DNA of 64,000 bases from Flavobacteriales bacterium (GTDB lineage: Bacteria; Bacteroidota; Bacteroidia; Flavobacteriales; Flavobacteriaceae): the NCBI GenBank assembly GCA_020635875.1, contig JACJYY010000004.1, positions 232,904-296,903 on the forward strand, in the 5' to 3' direction. This document shows positions 42,041-51,639 of the stretch, piece after piece. The notes below the pieces were generated by a model that saw only the letters and a program-made list of their open reading frames with translations, had not been told where the DNA came from and did no database searches. Position 1 is the first letter of the stretch; each line of letters opens with the position of its first letter. The translations under genes were made by a program, and so were the position numbers.

Positions 42041-43327
42041 TTAATATATACCTTCGATATGAACGTTTGCTCCATCAAGTTTTAGTCCTTTAGTGACTTT
42101 ATCATTTGAGGGATCAAATTCATATACATTGGCCTCACCTGTTTTTGGGCTTATAGCCATATAAAACTTACCATTACGCACTACTCCACTTTCATAAGTG
42201 AATAATTGAGAGTTAGGGACATCTAGTTTGACCGCAGTTTTATTATTCAAATCAATCTTAGCTACTGACCATGAATCCTCAGAATAATAATTACCTGCAT
42301 TTTCCATATGAATTGGCATATATCCTATGCCATTACCTACGTAGAACCATCCAACAGTACCTACATTTGTCGAAAGACCTAGCGCTTCTGAAACGTTAAA
42401 TACATATGAGGTATCATAGGAACCATTTTTCAATCGCGTAATTACTGTTTTATCACCTTTTGATAAATCAAAGTTATTAGCACTCATGAACCAGTTAGAT
42501 TGGTAAACATCTCCTTTCTCATCTATGTGCATAGAAGGAGCTCTATATCCTCCTGTGTGTCCATTACTTGCATCAGATTGAGTGATTTTTCCATTCCCAA
42601 ACGAAGGGTAATCAAACACTAACGTTTCTAAACCAGTCTGCTTTGGTTTTCTAAATGGCGGTGGTGTTGATGGATCAAAAATATCCATATGCATTAACCC
42701 AAAATAGATTTTATCTCCAGCAATAACTGGTGAATCTACACGCATTGGATGATATCCAATTGTACCACCAATTTTAGCATTAGCCGATTGAGGAATTACA
42801 AATTCTGTTAAATTACTAACTGCTAAGCTTGGTAAATCGATAGATGCTAAACGTAATGTACAAGTGTAATCAGTTACTTCATTTGCATCATTCTTTACCG
42901 CTTCGGTAACCACATTGTATACCATTATTGTGTTCTCACCTGCTAGTTTATATCGAGGACGAGTTGTCCCTACAGCCAAACCTACATTGATTTCTTTTAA
43001 CGTTTCATAAGCACCATCTTTCTTAGCTTGTAGTTGAGACAATAATCCTGTTCCATAGTTTAAAGAATATACGAATCCGCCTGTCGCGATTACCCTAGCT
43101 GCTTGGTCTGCATCTAATTGAGTTCCATTATTTACAAAACTTAATGAACCTGATGTTAATTCATTATTGTAAGCGATGTAGTAAGCTCCATCAACGGTTC
43201 CCACAAAATTATTTACGGCTTCTACTTCGGGTTGTACCTCTGGAGTCGTCACTTCATCATTATCACATGAAGTAGTCAATACTATGGCTAGAGCTATTGC
43301 TCCCAGCGTTTTAAATCTATTTTTCAT
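42041..43327 (-). CDS. Surface lipoprotein, DUF4374/XusB-like beta-propeller
   Basis: Lipobox TTSC with acidic export signal; DYPS, DEKGDVY, YDTSYVFN motifs. Confidence 0.72.
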   Translation of the reverse strand: MKNRFKTLGAIALAIVLTTSCDNDEVTTPEVQPEVEAVNNFVGTVDGAYYIAYNNELTSGSLSFVNNGTQLDADQAARVIATGGFVYSLNYGTGLLSQLQAKKDGAYETLKEINVGLAVGTTRPRYKLAGENTIMVYNVVTEAVKNDANEVTDYTCTLRLASIDLPSLAVSNLTEFVIPQSANAKIGGTIGYHPMRVDSPVIAGDKIYFGLMHMDIFDPSTPPPFRKPKQTGLETLVFDYPSFGNGKITQSDASNGHTGGYRAPSMHIDEKGDVYQSNWFMSANNFDLSKGDKTVITRLKNGSYDTSYVFNVSEALGLSTNVGTVGWFYVGNGIGYMPIHMENAGNYYSEDSWSVAKIDLNNKTAVKLDVPNSQLFTYESGVVRNGKFYMAISPKTGEANVYEFDPSNDKVTKGLKLDGANVHIEGIY

Positions 43328-43360
43328 AATTCAATTTTTACTTATTTAATACTATTGTTT

Positions 43361-45700
43361 TTATACTCTTATTACTATTTTGGCGTACCATGCTCTTCCG
43401 GGTTTTTGAAGTGCATAGTTGTCGAAAGCTTGTTGGTTGGTTAGATTATTACCATTTATACTTAGTGTGGTTTTTTTATTTGGGAAGGTATATGTGATAG
43501 AACTATTATGAATAAATTGATCAGGAACAAGTTCTAAATCGTGTTTTCCATATAATGGGGTCGAATGATTGAATTCGGAAACATAATTGGTGGACCACTC
43601 AGCCGTAAGACTTGATTTTTTCTTAAAAATTCCATTGATCGTATACGAAATAGAGCCATTTGATGATATTGATGGTATATTAGGTAAATCGAATCCTTTG
43701 TTAAGGTTGATGTTACCATCAACATCCACAGAAGAGTTATCTATGGATTTAATATATGAGCTGTTTAAGCCCAATTTTAACTGTTCTTTAAGGTTATAAT
43801 CGATTGTAAGGTCTATACCATACACATGTGCTCTATTTACATTTTGATATCTAAATACACTTTGATCAAATTGTTGTAATTGAATCAATGATTCTACATC
43901 ACGGTAGAATCCATTTATTGAAGTATTAATTTTACTTGATTTTATTGTTACAATCCAATTGATACCTGAATTGTAATTCCAACTTTTTTCAGGGTTTAAT
44001 TCAGTTGATCTCATGATGAACAAACCGTCACCCATAACTTCCTCTGGTTCTGGCAAACGACTCGTGTGTTCTATTGATGCTGTTAATAGGATGTTATTAT
44101 TTATACTGAAAGAGCTAGATGCTCCGTAACCAGGTGTTGATGATGTTGATGTCTTTGAATAATAAATAGGAACACCATCTAAATAATCAGACACCTTTAA
44201 TGTCGCATTGTAATTAAAGTATTTAGAAAAAAGACTCAGAAATAAATTGTCGTCAAACCATTTGTTTTCATAGGATACACCCAAAGTATTCTTATTATAG
44301 TACTGTGGAGCCCAATATCCATCAGTTTTTTGAGTAACAATAGGATCACTATCCTGCCTTCTTACTCTCGAATGTAAATAATTGAATTTAAATTGTTTAT
44401 ATCCAGCATATAGTCTTTGTACAAAAACGATTTGATTCAAGGTATTGAGTGATTTGAATTGTTCCCCTCCAATAGTTCGTTTCCCTTCAACTTCTCCTCT
44501 CCAATTGTAGATATTACGACTGGTATCTATATGCTTCCGTGTCAAATCTGTGATTGAGGTAAATGATTTTAATCGGAAGTCTTTTATTAAGAATGAGCTT
44601 TTGTCAACATTTAGATATGGACTAATTACTTTTTGAGTATATATCGCTTCACCATAGGGTACTTCCATACTGGAGCCATGTTGAATCTCTTTATCCATAT
44701 CCGAAATTATGGCTCCAACTGACAAAGTATTAATCCATTTTAGATTGGTTAGACCAATGCTGGCATTAACTGATTTAGACGCAAATGCATCATGAAATCT
44801 TTTAGCCCTTTGGTTTCGTTCAACTACAAATGTTTGTGGATTAGTAATTTGAATTTTATCTCCCCATATTTCATAATCATTATCCGAAGTATTATAAAAT
44901 GATGAAAATTTAAGAGTTAAACCATTCTTTTTATTTCGATAATTAGAAAACAATGCTACTCTATGGGTATTAAATGATCCTATAGAATAGGAAATATTGG
45001 TTTGGTTTTTAATCGTATTGTGTGAAATCAAATTGACAGCACCGCCTAAAGCATCGTTACTTAATTGAATAGGAACAACTCCTTTGAAAATTTCGATTCG
45101 ACTAATCAAACCAACTGGTATTGTATTAATTGAATATGAAGAACCATAATACTCCATAGGAATACCGTCTATAAAAAAGCGAATAGATCTTCCGCCTAAA
45201 CCGTTTAAGGATATATCTGAACGTGAACCAAGACCACCAGACTCACGCACATTAACTCCTGAAATTTTGTTCAAGATGTTATTTAAACCTATTGATTGAC
45301 TTTGAAGTTCTTTAGTGTCCAAACCAATGGCAGCATAACCTTTACTTTTTGTATTGACATCTTTGCTACTTATAACTTCTATCTCGTTCAATTCTTCTAC
45401 GTCTTCTTCAAGCTTTATACTTATGTGTTCTATTTTACTGTTTACGACAATCGTTTTTGGTATAAAACCCATGGATTGCGTAATTAATGTAATCGGATAA
45501 ACGAGTTCGTCCTGAAAACAAAACTTACCATCAAAAGCACATATTTCGTAAATGTCTGTGTCAACAATAGAAACAGTAGCAAAAGGCACGGGCTGCTTGT
45601 TTTGATCTTCGACTATGCCACATAACCCTGAACCATTAGCATTTTGTGCAATGGAATAAGCTAGAAACAAGAAAAGTATATAAAACAATTTGTACTTCAT
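43361..45700 (-). CDS. TonB-dependent receptor (iron/siderophore, XusA-like)
   Basis: GVNVRESGGLGS, FFIDGIP, IEIFKGVVP, LQKPGRAWY. Confidence 0.92.
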   Translation of the reverse strand: MKYKLFYILFLFLAYSIAQNANGSGLCGIVEDQNKQPVPFATVSIVDTDIYEICAFDGKFCFQDELVYPITLITQSMGFIPKTIVVNSKIEHISIKLEEDVEELNEIEVISSKDVNTKSKGYAAIGLDTKELQSQSIGLNNILNKISGVNVRESGGLGSRSDISLNGLGGRSIRFFIDGIPMEYYGSSYSINTIPVGLISRIEIFKGVVPIQLSNDALGGAVNLISHNTIKNQTNISYSIGSFNTHRVALFSNYRNKKNGLTLKFSSFYNTSDNDYEIWGDKIQITNPQTFVVERNQRAKRFHDAFASKSVNASIGLTNLKWINTLSVGAIISDMDKEIQHGSSMEVPYGEAIYTQKVISPYLNVDKSSFLIKDFRLKSFTSITDLTRKHIDTSRNIYNWRGEVEGKRTIGGEQFKSLNTLNQIVFVQRLYAGYKQFKFNYLHSRVRRQDSDPIVTQKTDGYWAPQYYNKNTLGVSYENKWFDDNLFLSLFSKYFNYNATLKVSDYLDGVPIYYSKTSTSSTPGYGASSSFSINNNILLTASIEHTSRLPEPEEVMGDGLFIMRSTELNPEKSWNYNSGINWIVTIKSSKINTSINGFYRDVESLIQLQQFDQSVFRYQNVNRAHVYGIDLTIDYNLKEQLKLGLNSSYIKSIDNSSVDVDGNINLNKGFDLPNIPSISSNGSISYTINGIFKKKSSLTAEWSTNYVSEFNHSTPLYGKHDLELVPDQFIHNSSITYTFPNKKTTLSINGNNLTNQQAFDNYALQKPGRAWYAKIVIRV

Positions 45701-45725
45701 ATAACTGTTTTTTAGCTGACTGTTT

Positions 45726-45748
45726 TTATTTAGACTCGTTTTAAATTA
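45726..45748. promoter_or_regulatory. Putative iron-regulator operator palindrome
   Basis: TTATTTAGA-N5-TTTAAATTA overlapping a TAACTTTG -7 box; related copy at 47237-47259. Confidence 0.5.
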
Positions 45749-45813
45749 ACTTTGCGAATGTATGGTTAAAAACCACATAGGCGATAACGCAAAAAGAATT
45801 AAAAACAACGCAA

Positions 45814-46830
45814 TTGACTAATAATTCAGCAAATCAATACTCCACGACAATAAGTATAGAGCAACCTAACAAAGAGGAGAAAACAATAGATTATCCTATA
45901 GATTTTTTTACTCATAAAAAAATTATTTCGCGCCAACGCGAGCTAATAAATGGTTCTACAAAAGGAATTGTAAACGAGTATTTATTTGATGGAATTTGCA
46001 TTGAAGAAAGAGAAGTACATATTAACTCTCCATTAGAGGTAAATGTTAAACATACGTTCCCATACCTCAAAATGCATTTTGAAATAAATGGTTATTCTAC
46101 TTATATACCTAATAACGAAAAAAGTCTTCCTGTTATCATTCCTGGAGGAAAGCACCAGTTGTTTTATTTTCCATCAGTAGATGGGCGACTGTTTTATAAT
46201 GAAAACTCAAAAAGAAAGACATTAGAAATAACACTTTCACTCAAATTTATAAAACAAGCTTTTCAAGAAAATTGGGAGATCCTAGAATCTTTTGGGGATG
46301 CCCTATTTGATAATAAACCATTTGTTTTTGGAGAAGAGAGCGAAACAATTACACATGATATTTTAAATATAATAACTCAAATCACATCTTGTAGTCTCCC
46401 AGATCATTTGAGAAGAGCATATCTTAAATCAAAGGTAACTGAACTATTAGTATTACAGTTGTATTATCTTAATAAAACAAACACTAATAAATCGAAGAAG
46501 AGACCACAACACTATGATAAAATAATTTCAGCAAGAAGCTTCATGCTAGAGCATATGAATCAAAATCTCAATATTGATTTACTTTCAAAACATGTCGGAC
46601 TCAATTCTAATTTATTCAAGAAGGGATTTAATGATGTGTATGGAATTCCTTTTTTTCAATATCTCACTTCGCTTAGAATGAAGAAAGCAGTTTATCTTCT
46701 TGACGAAACGGACAATACTATTTCTGAAATATCAAACAAGGTCGGTTATACCTACTCTCAACACTTTTCAAAGGTTTTTAAAAAACACTTTGGAGTAACT
46801 CCTAGTCAGTTTAGACAAAAAGAAAAATAG
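45814..46830 (+). CDS. AraC family transcriptional regulator (PchR/YbtA-like)
   Basis: C-terminal double HTH (ISNKVGYTYSQHFSKVFKKHFGVTPSQFR); divergent from the receptor gene. Confidence 0.92.
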   Translation: MTNNSANQYSTTISIEQPNKEEKTIDYPIDFFTHKKIISRQRELINGSTKGIVNEYLFDGICIEEREVHINSPLEVNVKHTFPYLKMHFEINGYSTYIPNNEKSLPVIIPGGKHQLFYFPSVDGRLFYNENSKRKTLEITLSLKFIKQAFQENWEILESFGDALFDNKPFVFGEESETITHDILNIITQITSCSLPDHLRRAYLKSKVTELLVLQLYYLNKTNTNKSKKRPQHYDKIISARSFMLEHMNQNLNIDLLSKHVGLNSNLFKKGFNDVYGIPFFQYLTSLRMKKAVYLLDETDNTISEISNKVGYTYSQHFSKVFKKHFGVTPSQFRQKEK

Positions 46831-46845
46831 ACTTCGACAGTGCGA

Positions 46846-47202
46846 TTAATTTAGATATCCCGTAATATTATTTTCTTCAAGATTGGATTCAAAATTCATA
46901 AGAAATTTTGTCCATGATATTAAATCTTCAAGTTCATCCAAGGTGTTTTCGTCAATTTTAAGACATATATCAATTAAGGGATGAGAAGTCCATATTCTAT
47001 TACATGGCTGACCTTTACAATGGCTGCAATCACACATTTTAACTGCGTTTTTGATAATAGTGTATAGGTCTGAGAGTTCTTTCTGAGTCATATAGATACC
47101 TATCGTACCTATGTAAACTTGAATGTTTCTTTCTGGATTCTTTGTAACAGTTGAGTCTACTTTATAACTTGAACCGTAGTTGTTTTTGTATATAAGATTC
47201 AT
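46846..47202 (-). CDS. Small Cys-cluster hypothetical protein (DUF6686-like)
   Basis: CDCSHC...C motif; 118 aa. Confidence 0.6.
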   Translation of the reverse strand: MNLIYKNNYGSSYKVDSTVTKNPERNIQVYIGTIGIYMTQKELSDLYTIIKNAVKMCDCSHCKGQPCNRIWTSHPLIDICLKIDENTLDELEDLISWTKFLMNFESNLEENNITGYLN

Positions 47203-47236
47203 GGTCGAATGTTTTATTAGATCACGAATATAGTTT

Positions 47237-47259
47237 TTATTTTTAATTATTCTAAATAA
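47237..47259. promoter_or_regulatory. Putative iron-regulator operator palindrome
   Basis: TTATTTTTA-N5-TCTAAATAA next to the TATATTCG -7 box of 46846..47202. Confidence 0.5.
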
Positions 47260-47288
47260 AAATAACTAATAACTGTGTTTTTGTATTT

Positions 47289-48077
47289 TTACTCTTTCGG
47301 AATTTTGGAATGAGGTGTTTTACCTATAGTATTTACTTCTTCTTTGTCTTTCTTTTCCTTTTTGCGTTTTATCGTGTATTTGTATCCCAACCCAAGGATA
47401 TTGGTTGTTTTTGGATAAGTAGCATTTAAATCTCGTTCCATGCGGTAAAAGAACCCCAACTCCCCCATTTTTTTAAATTCATAGTCCATTCCTACTGTTA
47501 ATCTAAACTTATCTAATTCCACAGGCTCTCCTTTTCTGTCTTTTCTAAATAACTCTGCGGCTACAGAAGGTGTCCACTTCGTTTTTTTAATATTGTAATC
47601 AATAGCCGTCATGAATCGTAATCTGGTGTCAGGATAATCCCCTTCTAATTCAGAAACTCCCAACTCGTTCTTATTTTGATAACGCAGACGATACTTTAGA
47701 CCAAATCGTTGTAATTTATGTTTGTACGACACATCTATGTTATATCTAAAGAAATGATTATAACCTTGTTTTTTACCTTGATTATCATTTTCGGTAATAT
47801 AACGTCCAGAAAACCCTACATCAAAATGCTTATTAATTTTATACGAAACACCCAATTGTGTAAAATACAAATCCGTTTGTGAGGCGTCTTCTTTGAGTCT
47901 AAACTGCTCTTCCAATTCTAAAGAAAATTTCTTGGTAGCCTCCCATTTTATAGCTGTGGATCCCCATGCTTCCAAGTCTCTTACTTGAACTTGCTTTGTT
48001 TTTTGGGCTTTTGCCAAAGGACTTATGATTAACGCTGCAATGATAATCGCGAATTGAATTCCTAAAGATTTGGACAT
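47289..48077 (-). CDS. DUF2490 outer-membrane beta-barrel protein
   Basis: Signal peptide; EEQFRL, YRLRYQ; alternating beta-strand pattern. Confidence 0.75.
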   Translation of the reverse strand: MSKSLGIQFAIIIAALIISPLAKAQKTKQVQVRDLEAWGSTAIKWEATKKFSLELEEQFRLKEDASQTDLYFTQLGVSYKINKHFDVGFSGRYITENDNQGKKQGYNHFFRYNIDVSYKHKLQRFGLKYRLRYQNKNELGVSELEGDYPDTRLRFMTAIDYNIKKTKWTPSVAAELFRKDRKGEPVELDKFRLTVGMDYEFKKMGELGFFYRMERDLNATYPKTTNILGLGYKYTIKRKKEKKDKEEVNTIGKTPHSKIPKE

Positions 48078-48078
48078 A

Positions 48079-48714
48079 CTAATTGTTTGTTGAGTTTGAA
48101 TTATACGTGAAGCTGATTTGTACCGTCTTTTTGAGAAAATCTACTTTGCCTATGGCTAAATCATCTATTTTAACCTCAAATAAATCTTCTAGTTCTTTGA
48201 TTAATTTTGGATGATTAGAAGGACTTATGTTTTCAATACTGTCATATACAATTTCTTGTGTTCGAGGACTTACTATTCGATCGGCTAAAATATTTTTTCT
48301 TGTCCATTGCCTTTCAATAAAATACATGGTAAGAACGATAATAGTATTGGCTGCTAAAAGCTCTACATAACTCATTTTTTTATTGGCTAAGGCATTGATT
48401 ACAGAAACACCGATAATGACAAAGAGGTAAGTCATTTCTTTTATTTCAATGGAATTTGTGCGATATCTGATGATACCAAATATGGCAAATAAACCCAATG
48501 CCATACCAATATCTAATTCGTACTTCTTTAATGTAAAACACAAAAAGAAAACTATAATACCAATCATGTAGTACGTGAACAAATACTCTATCTTTCGATT
48601 GTTATTATAATACAAATACTTAATGACAATGGTTAGAAAAAAAATGTTTACTCCAAAACGGAACACCATTTTATAAAAGTCATCATCAAAAATTGGAATG
48701 TTCAAAAACTCCAT
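48079..48714 (-). CDS. DUF4956 membrane protein
   Basis: GMALGLFAIFGIIRYRT...KEMTYLF. Confidence 0.88.
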   Translation of the reverse strand: MEFLNIPIFDDDFYKMVFRFGVNIFFLTIVIKYLYYNNNRKIEYLFTYYMIGIIVFFLCFTLKKYELDIGMALGLFAIFGIIRYRTNSIEIKEMTYLFVIIGVSVINALANKKMSYVELLAANTIIVLTMYFIERQWTRKNILADRIVSPRTQEIVYDSIENISPSNHPKLIKELEDLFEVKIDDLAIGKVDFLKKTVQISFTYNSNSTNN

Positions 48715-48797
48715 ATTTATTATTATTAGGATAACATTATCTTAATGCTAAATTAATTGCGCTTTCGAATATAATGATAATAAAGCGATTAGAAATT

Positions 48798-50270
48798 CTA
48801 GTTGCGTTTTTTTATGACATATTGGAGCAGAATATCTACATATCGATTAACTTCTGGAGCTATTTGTAAGGTATAATGAATATAAATGTAAAGTGGAGCA
48901 AACAGTAGTGTTTTGAGAGCTATATTGATAATCGGATGGAAAGAGAAATCCCAAAAATAAAATACTCCAATAAAAGCAAATAACAGTATCAGGGCGTATA
49001 CTGTTTTTATTGTAAATGGAAATAGCTTCATTTTTTTTACCACAAACAACCATTTAGACCAACTGTAAATAGTCGCAGCTAACAACGTGGCAAGAGCTGC
49101 TCCATTAAGCCCTAAATAAGGTATCAATAGCATATTGAATGCAACAGACAATAAAGCAAGCCCAACACCTAAAAACAACACCAATTTATAATAGGTAGAA
49201 TTGTATATAATAGAATTGTTGTTCCCCAAAAGTAATTCAAAGTACTTGGAAAATCCGACCATAAAAACGATAGAAATACCCCCACTATATTGCTCAGGAA
49301 TCAATAAATACAGCTGCTTTATATTTAGTAGTATGCCTAAAAACACTAATCCTCCAGTCACCTGTAGACTTATGGAAGATTTTTTGTACAACGCATCCAA
49401 TTTATCATATTCATTATCAGCCATCAATTTAGAGGTTACGGGATGCAATATTTGATGCATTGCTCTTGATGGCACATAGATTACTATACAAATAAAAATA
49501 GCTACAGAATAATAAGCAATGTTCTCAATACTGATGTATTGTGCGAGCATGAATTTATCTAAATCCAGCATAACCATAGCCACACTACCTGACAAAATGA
49601 TAAAGGCGCTATATTCAATTATCTGTTTTGCTTCTTTGGGTATAACCAAAGAAAACGAAGGACGTCTTATGCGAAAGGCATACACCATCATCAAAACCAT
49701 ACTTATACCGTATATCAATACAAGTGCATAGATAAAATCAACTGGAGAAAGAAGTTCAAAGTATACTAATAATAACGTAACAGCAACCATAGCGCGTACT
49801 ACAACTTCCTTGATAAAACTCCCAAATACCGATTGATAATGAGCCTTAACCCAGGCATAGAAAATTTCAAAATAAGCCATTGAAAAACCCACCAAAGGCA
49901 CTATCCAGGCATAATCATAAATAATAGGGTTTTTAAATGATATTAATTGTGCGATATCATAATAAAAAAATGCTCCAATAACCGTTAGCGGAACAATAAA
50001 AAGCAAAGGCAACAAGAGTACAAAACTCAAAAATTGTGTTTTTGACTCTTCGGTGGTGTAGGTCGGAAAATATTTAATCAAACTATTCTGTACACCAAAG
50101 GCAATCAAAGGCATTAATAAATTGGCTGAAGACAATATAAAACCCACTAATCCATAATAGGTATCTCCCAATATGTGAGTGTAAAGAAATAACGTATTAG
50201 CCGCACCAATGGCAAACCCAATATAGGTAATTATGGCGTTTTTTATGGATTGAGAAGCGATTACACTCAT
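48798..50270 (-). CDS. Oligosaccharide flippase / polysaccharide biosynthesis membrane protein
   Basis: About 14 TM helices; LDKFML, GLNGAALAT. Confidence 0.85.
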   Translation of the reverse strand: MSVIASQSIKNAIITYIGFAIGAANTLFLYTHILGDTYYGLVGFILSSANLLMPLIAFGVQNSLIKYFPTYTTEESKTQFLSFVLLLPLLFIVPLTVIGAFFYYDIAQLISFKNPIIYDYAWIVPLVGFSMAYFEIFYAWVKAHYQSVFGSFIKEVVVRAMVAVTLLLVYFELLSPVDFIYALVLIYGISMVLMMVYAFRIRRPSFSLVIPKEAKQIIEYSAFIILSGSVAMVMLDLDKFMLAQYISIENIAYYSVAIFICIVIYVPSRAMHQILHPVTSKLMADNEYDKLDALYKKSSISLQVTGGLVFLGILLNIKQLYLLIPEQYSGGISIVFMVGFSKYFELLLGNNNSIIYNSTYYKLVLFLGVGLALLSVAFNMLLIPYLGLNGAALATLLAATIYSWSKWLFVVKKMKLFPFTIKTVYALILLFAFIGVFYFWDFSFHPIINIALKTLLFAPLYIYIHYTLQIAPEVNRYVDILLQYVIKKRN

Positions 50271-50272
50271 AA

Positions 50273-51556
50273 TTACAACTCTATAAAATATTTAAGTTTT
50301 TTGGTTAGGTTACACCTGCTAAACTCCTGTAATCCAACTGGATGAGATTTTAAATCAGCACCCTTATATTGTTTGTAATAATGTACTATCGCTGCTTTTA
50401 ATTCTTCTTTTTGATGATATTCAAAAAATAATCCAGTATTTGTTTTTCTGATAATTGGCTCAATGTCCGAAGACTCTGGTCCAAGAGCTAAAATAGGTCT
50501 TTCAGACACCATGTACTCAAATAATTTACCAGGAATTATCCCTCTTGTTTCTATTGAATCTATTTCAATCAAAAGTAACACTTGAGAGGATTTTTGGTGT
50601 TTTATGGCTTCTTCATGAGGTAAATACCTTAGGTTTAATACAGAATCTTTTAATCCAAATGAATCAATAGTATGAATAATTTCATCACTGATTTTACCAA
50701 TAAGTTTTATTTGTAAATCTTTCCTAAACGATTCATTTTCTTGTGCAATTTCTTTTAAACATTTCCATAATATTAACGGATTTCTGTCTAAGAGAAAGGA
50801 ACCTATATGCGCTATACTAAATTTTTCATCCAAAGGAGGCTTAACTACTTGTGTAACATCATAACCGTTAGTAATTACCTGGATTGGTTTATTGGTTTTT
50901 TTAGAAAACTCCCTTTTTGTAGTATCACTTGTCGTAATTATTTTGTCCGCTTTGTTTAGAATGAGATGCTCTAGGTGTCCATGTCTATAACGCGCATAAC
51001 GAGATAATTTTAACGCTTTGTGATACCCTATGCTCGTCCAAGGATCTCTAAAGTCAGCGAGCCATTGTATGTTCAATTGTTCCTTTAAGCCAAGTCCAAT
51101 CAGATGTAAACTATGAGGAGGACCTGTTGTAATAACCGTTTCTATTTTATGTTCTTCTATGAAAGGCTTTAAATACCTCACAGAAGGACTTACCCATAAT
51201 CGTCTTGCATCAGGAATAAAAATGTTTCCTCTCACCCAAAGTAAAAACTTATCAAACAAAGATTGAGTATGTTTAGGAGGAATGAGTCCTGCACTGATTG
51301 TTTTGGTTTTTTTCTTCGAAAAGAAAGAAGCAATTGTATAAGGTTCTAGTATAGGTTTTGATAGTATTGTTACTCCCTCAGGAACCTCATTAATTAGATT
51401 ATTATCCACGATGGGATAGGTTGGATTATCGGGTATATAAACTATAGGTTCGTAACCGTTTTCAGGCAAATATTTCACAAACTTTAACCAACGTTGAACA
51501 CCTGGTCCTCCCGCGGGAGGCCAATAGTAGGTTACAATAAGTACTTTTTTCTTCAA
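50273..51556 (-). CDS. Glycosyltransferase family 4
   Basis: YYWPPAGGPGVQR, DFRDPW, PGKLFEYM; likely TTG start at 51556. Confidence 0.9.
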   Translation of the reverse strand: MKKKVLIVTYYWPPAGGPGVQRWLKFVKYLPENGYEPIVYIPDNPTYPIVDNNLINEVPEGVTILSKPILEPYTIASFFSKKKTKTISAGLIPPKHTQSLFDKFLLWVRGNIFIPDARRLWVSPSVRYLKPFIEEHKIETVITTGPPHSLHLIGLGLKEQLNIQWLADFRDPWTSIGYHKALKLSRYARYRHGHLEHLILNKADKIITTSDTTKREFSKKTNKPIQVITNGYDVTQVVKPPLDEKFSIAHIGSFLLDRNPLILWKCLKEIAQENESFRKDLQIKLIGKISDEIIHTIDSFGLKDSVLNLRYLPHEEAIKHQKSSQVLLLIEIDSIETRGIIPGKLFEYMVSERPILALGPESSDIEPIIRKTNTGLFFEYHQKEELKAAIVHYYKQYKGADLKSHPVGLQEFSRCNLTKKLKYFIEL

Positions 51557-51639
51557 ACGCTTAAAACAAAGTTGTTGCAAGGTACGAATATTGACTTATT
51601 TATAGCCACTTCATTAAATGGTTATATTTTTCTCCAAAA

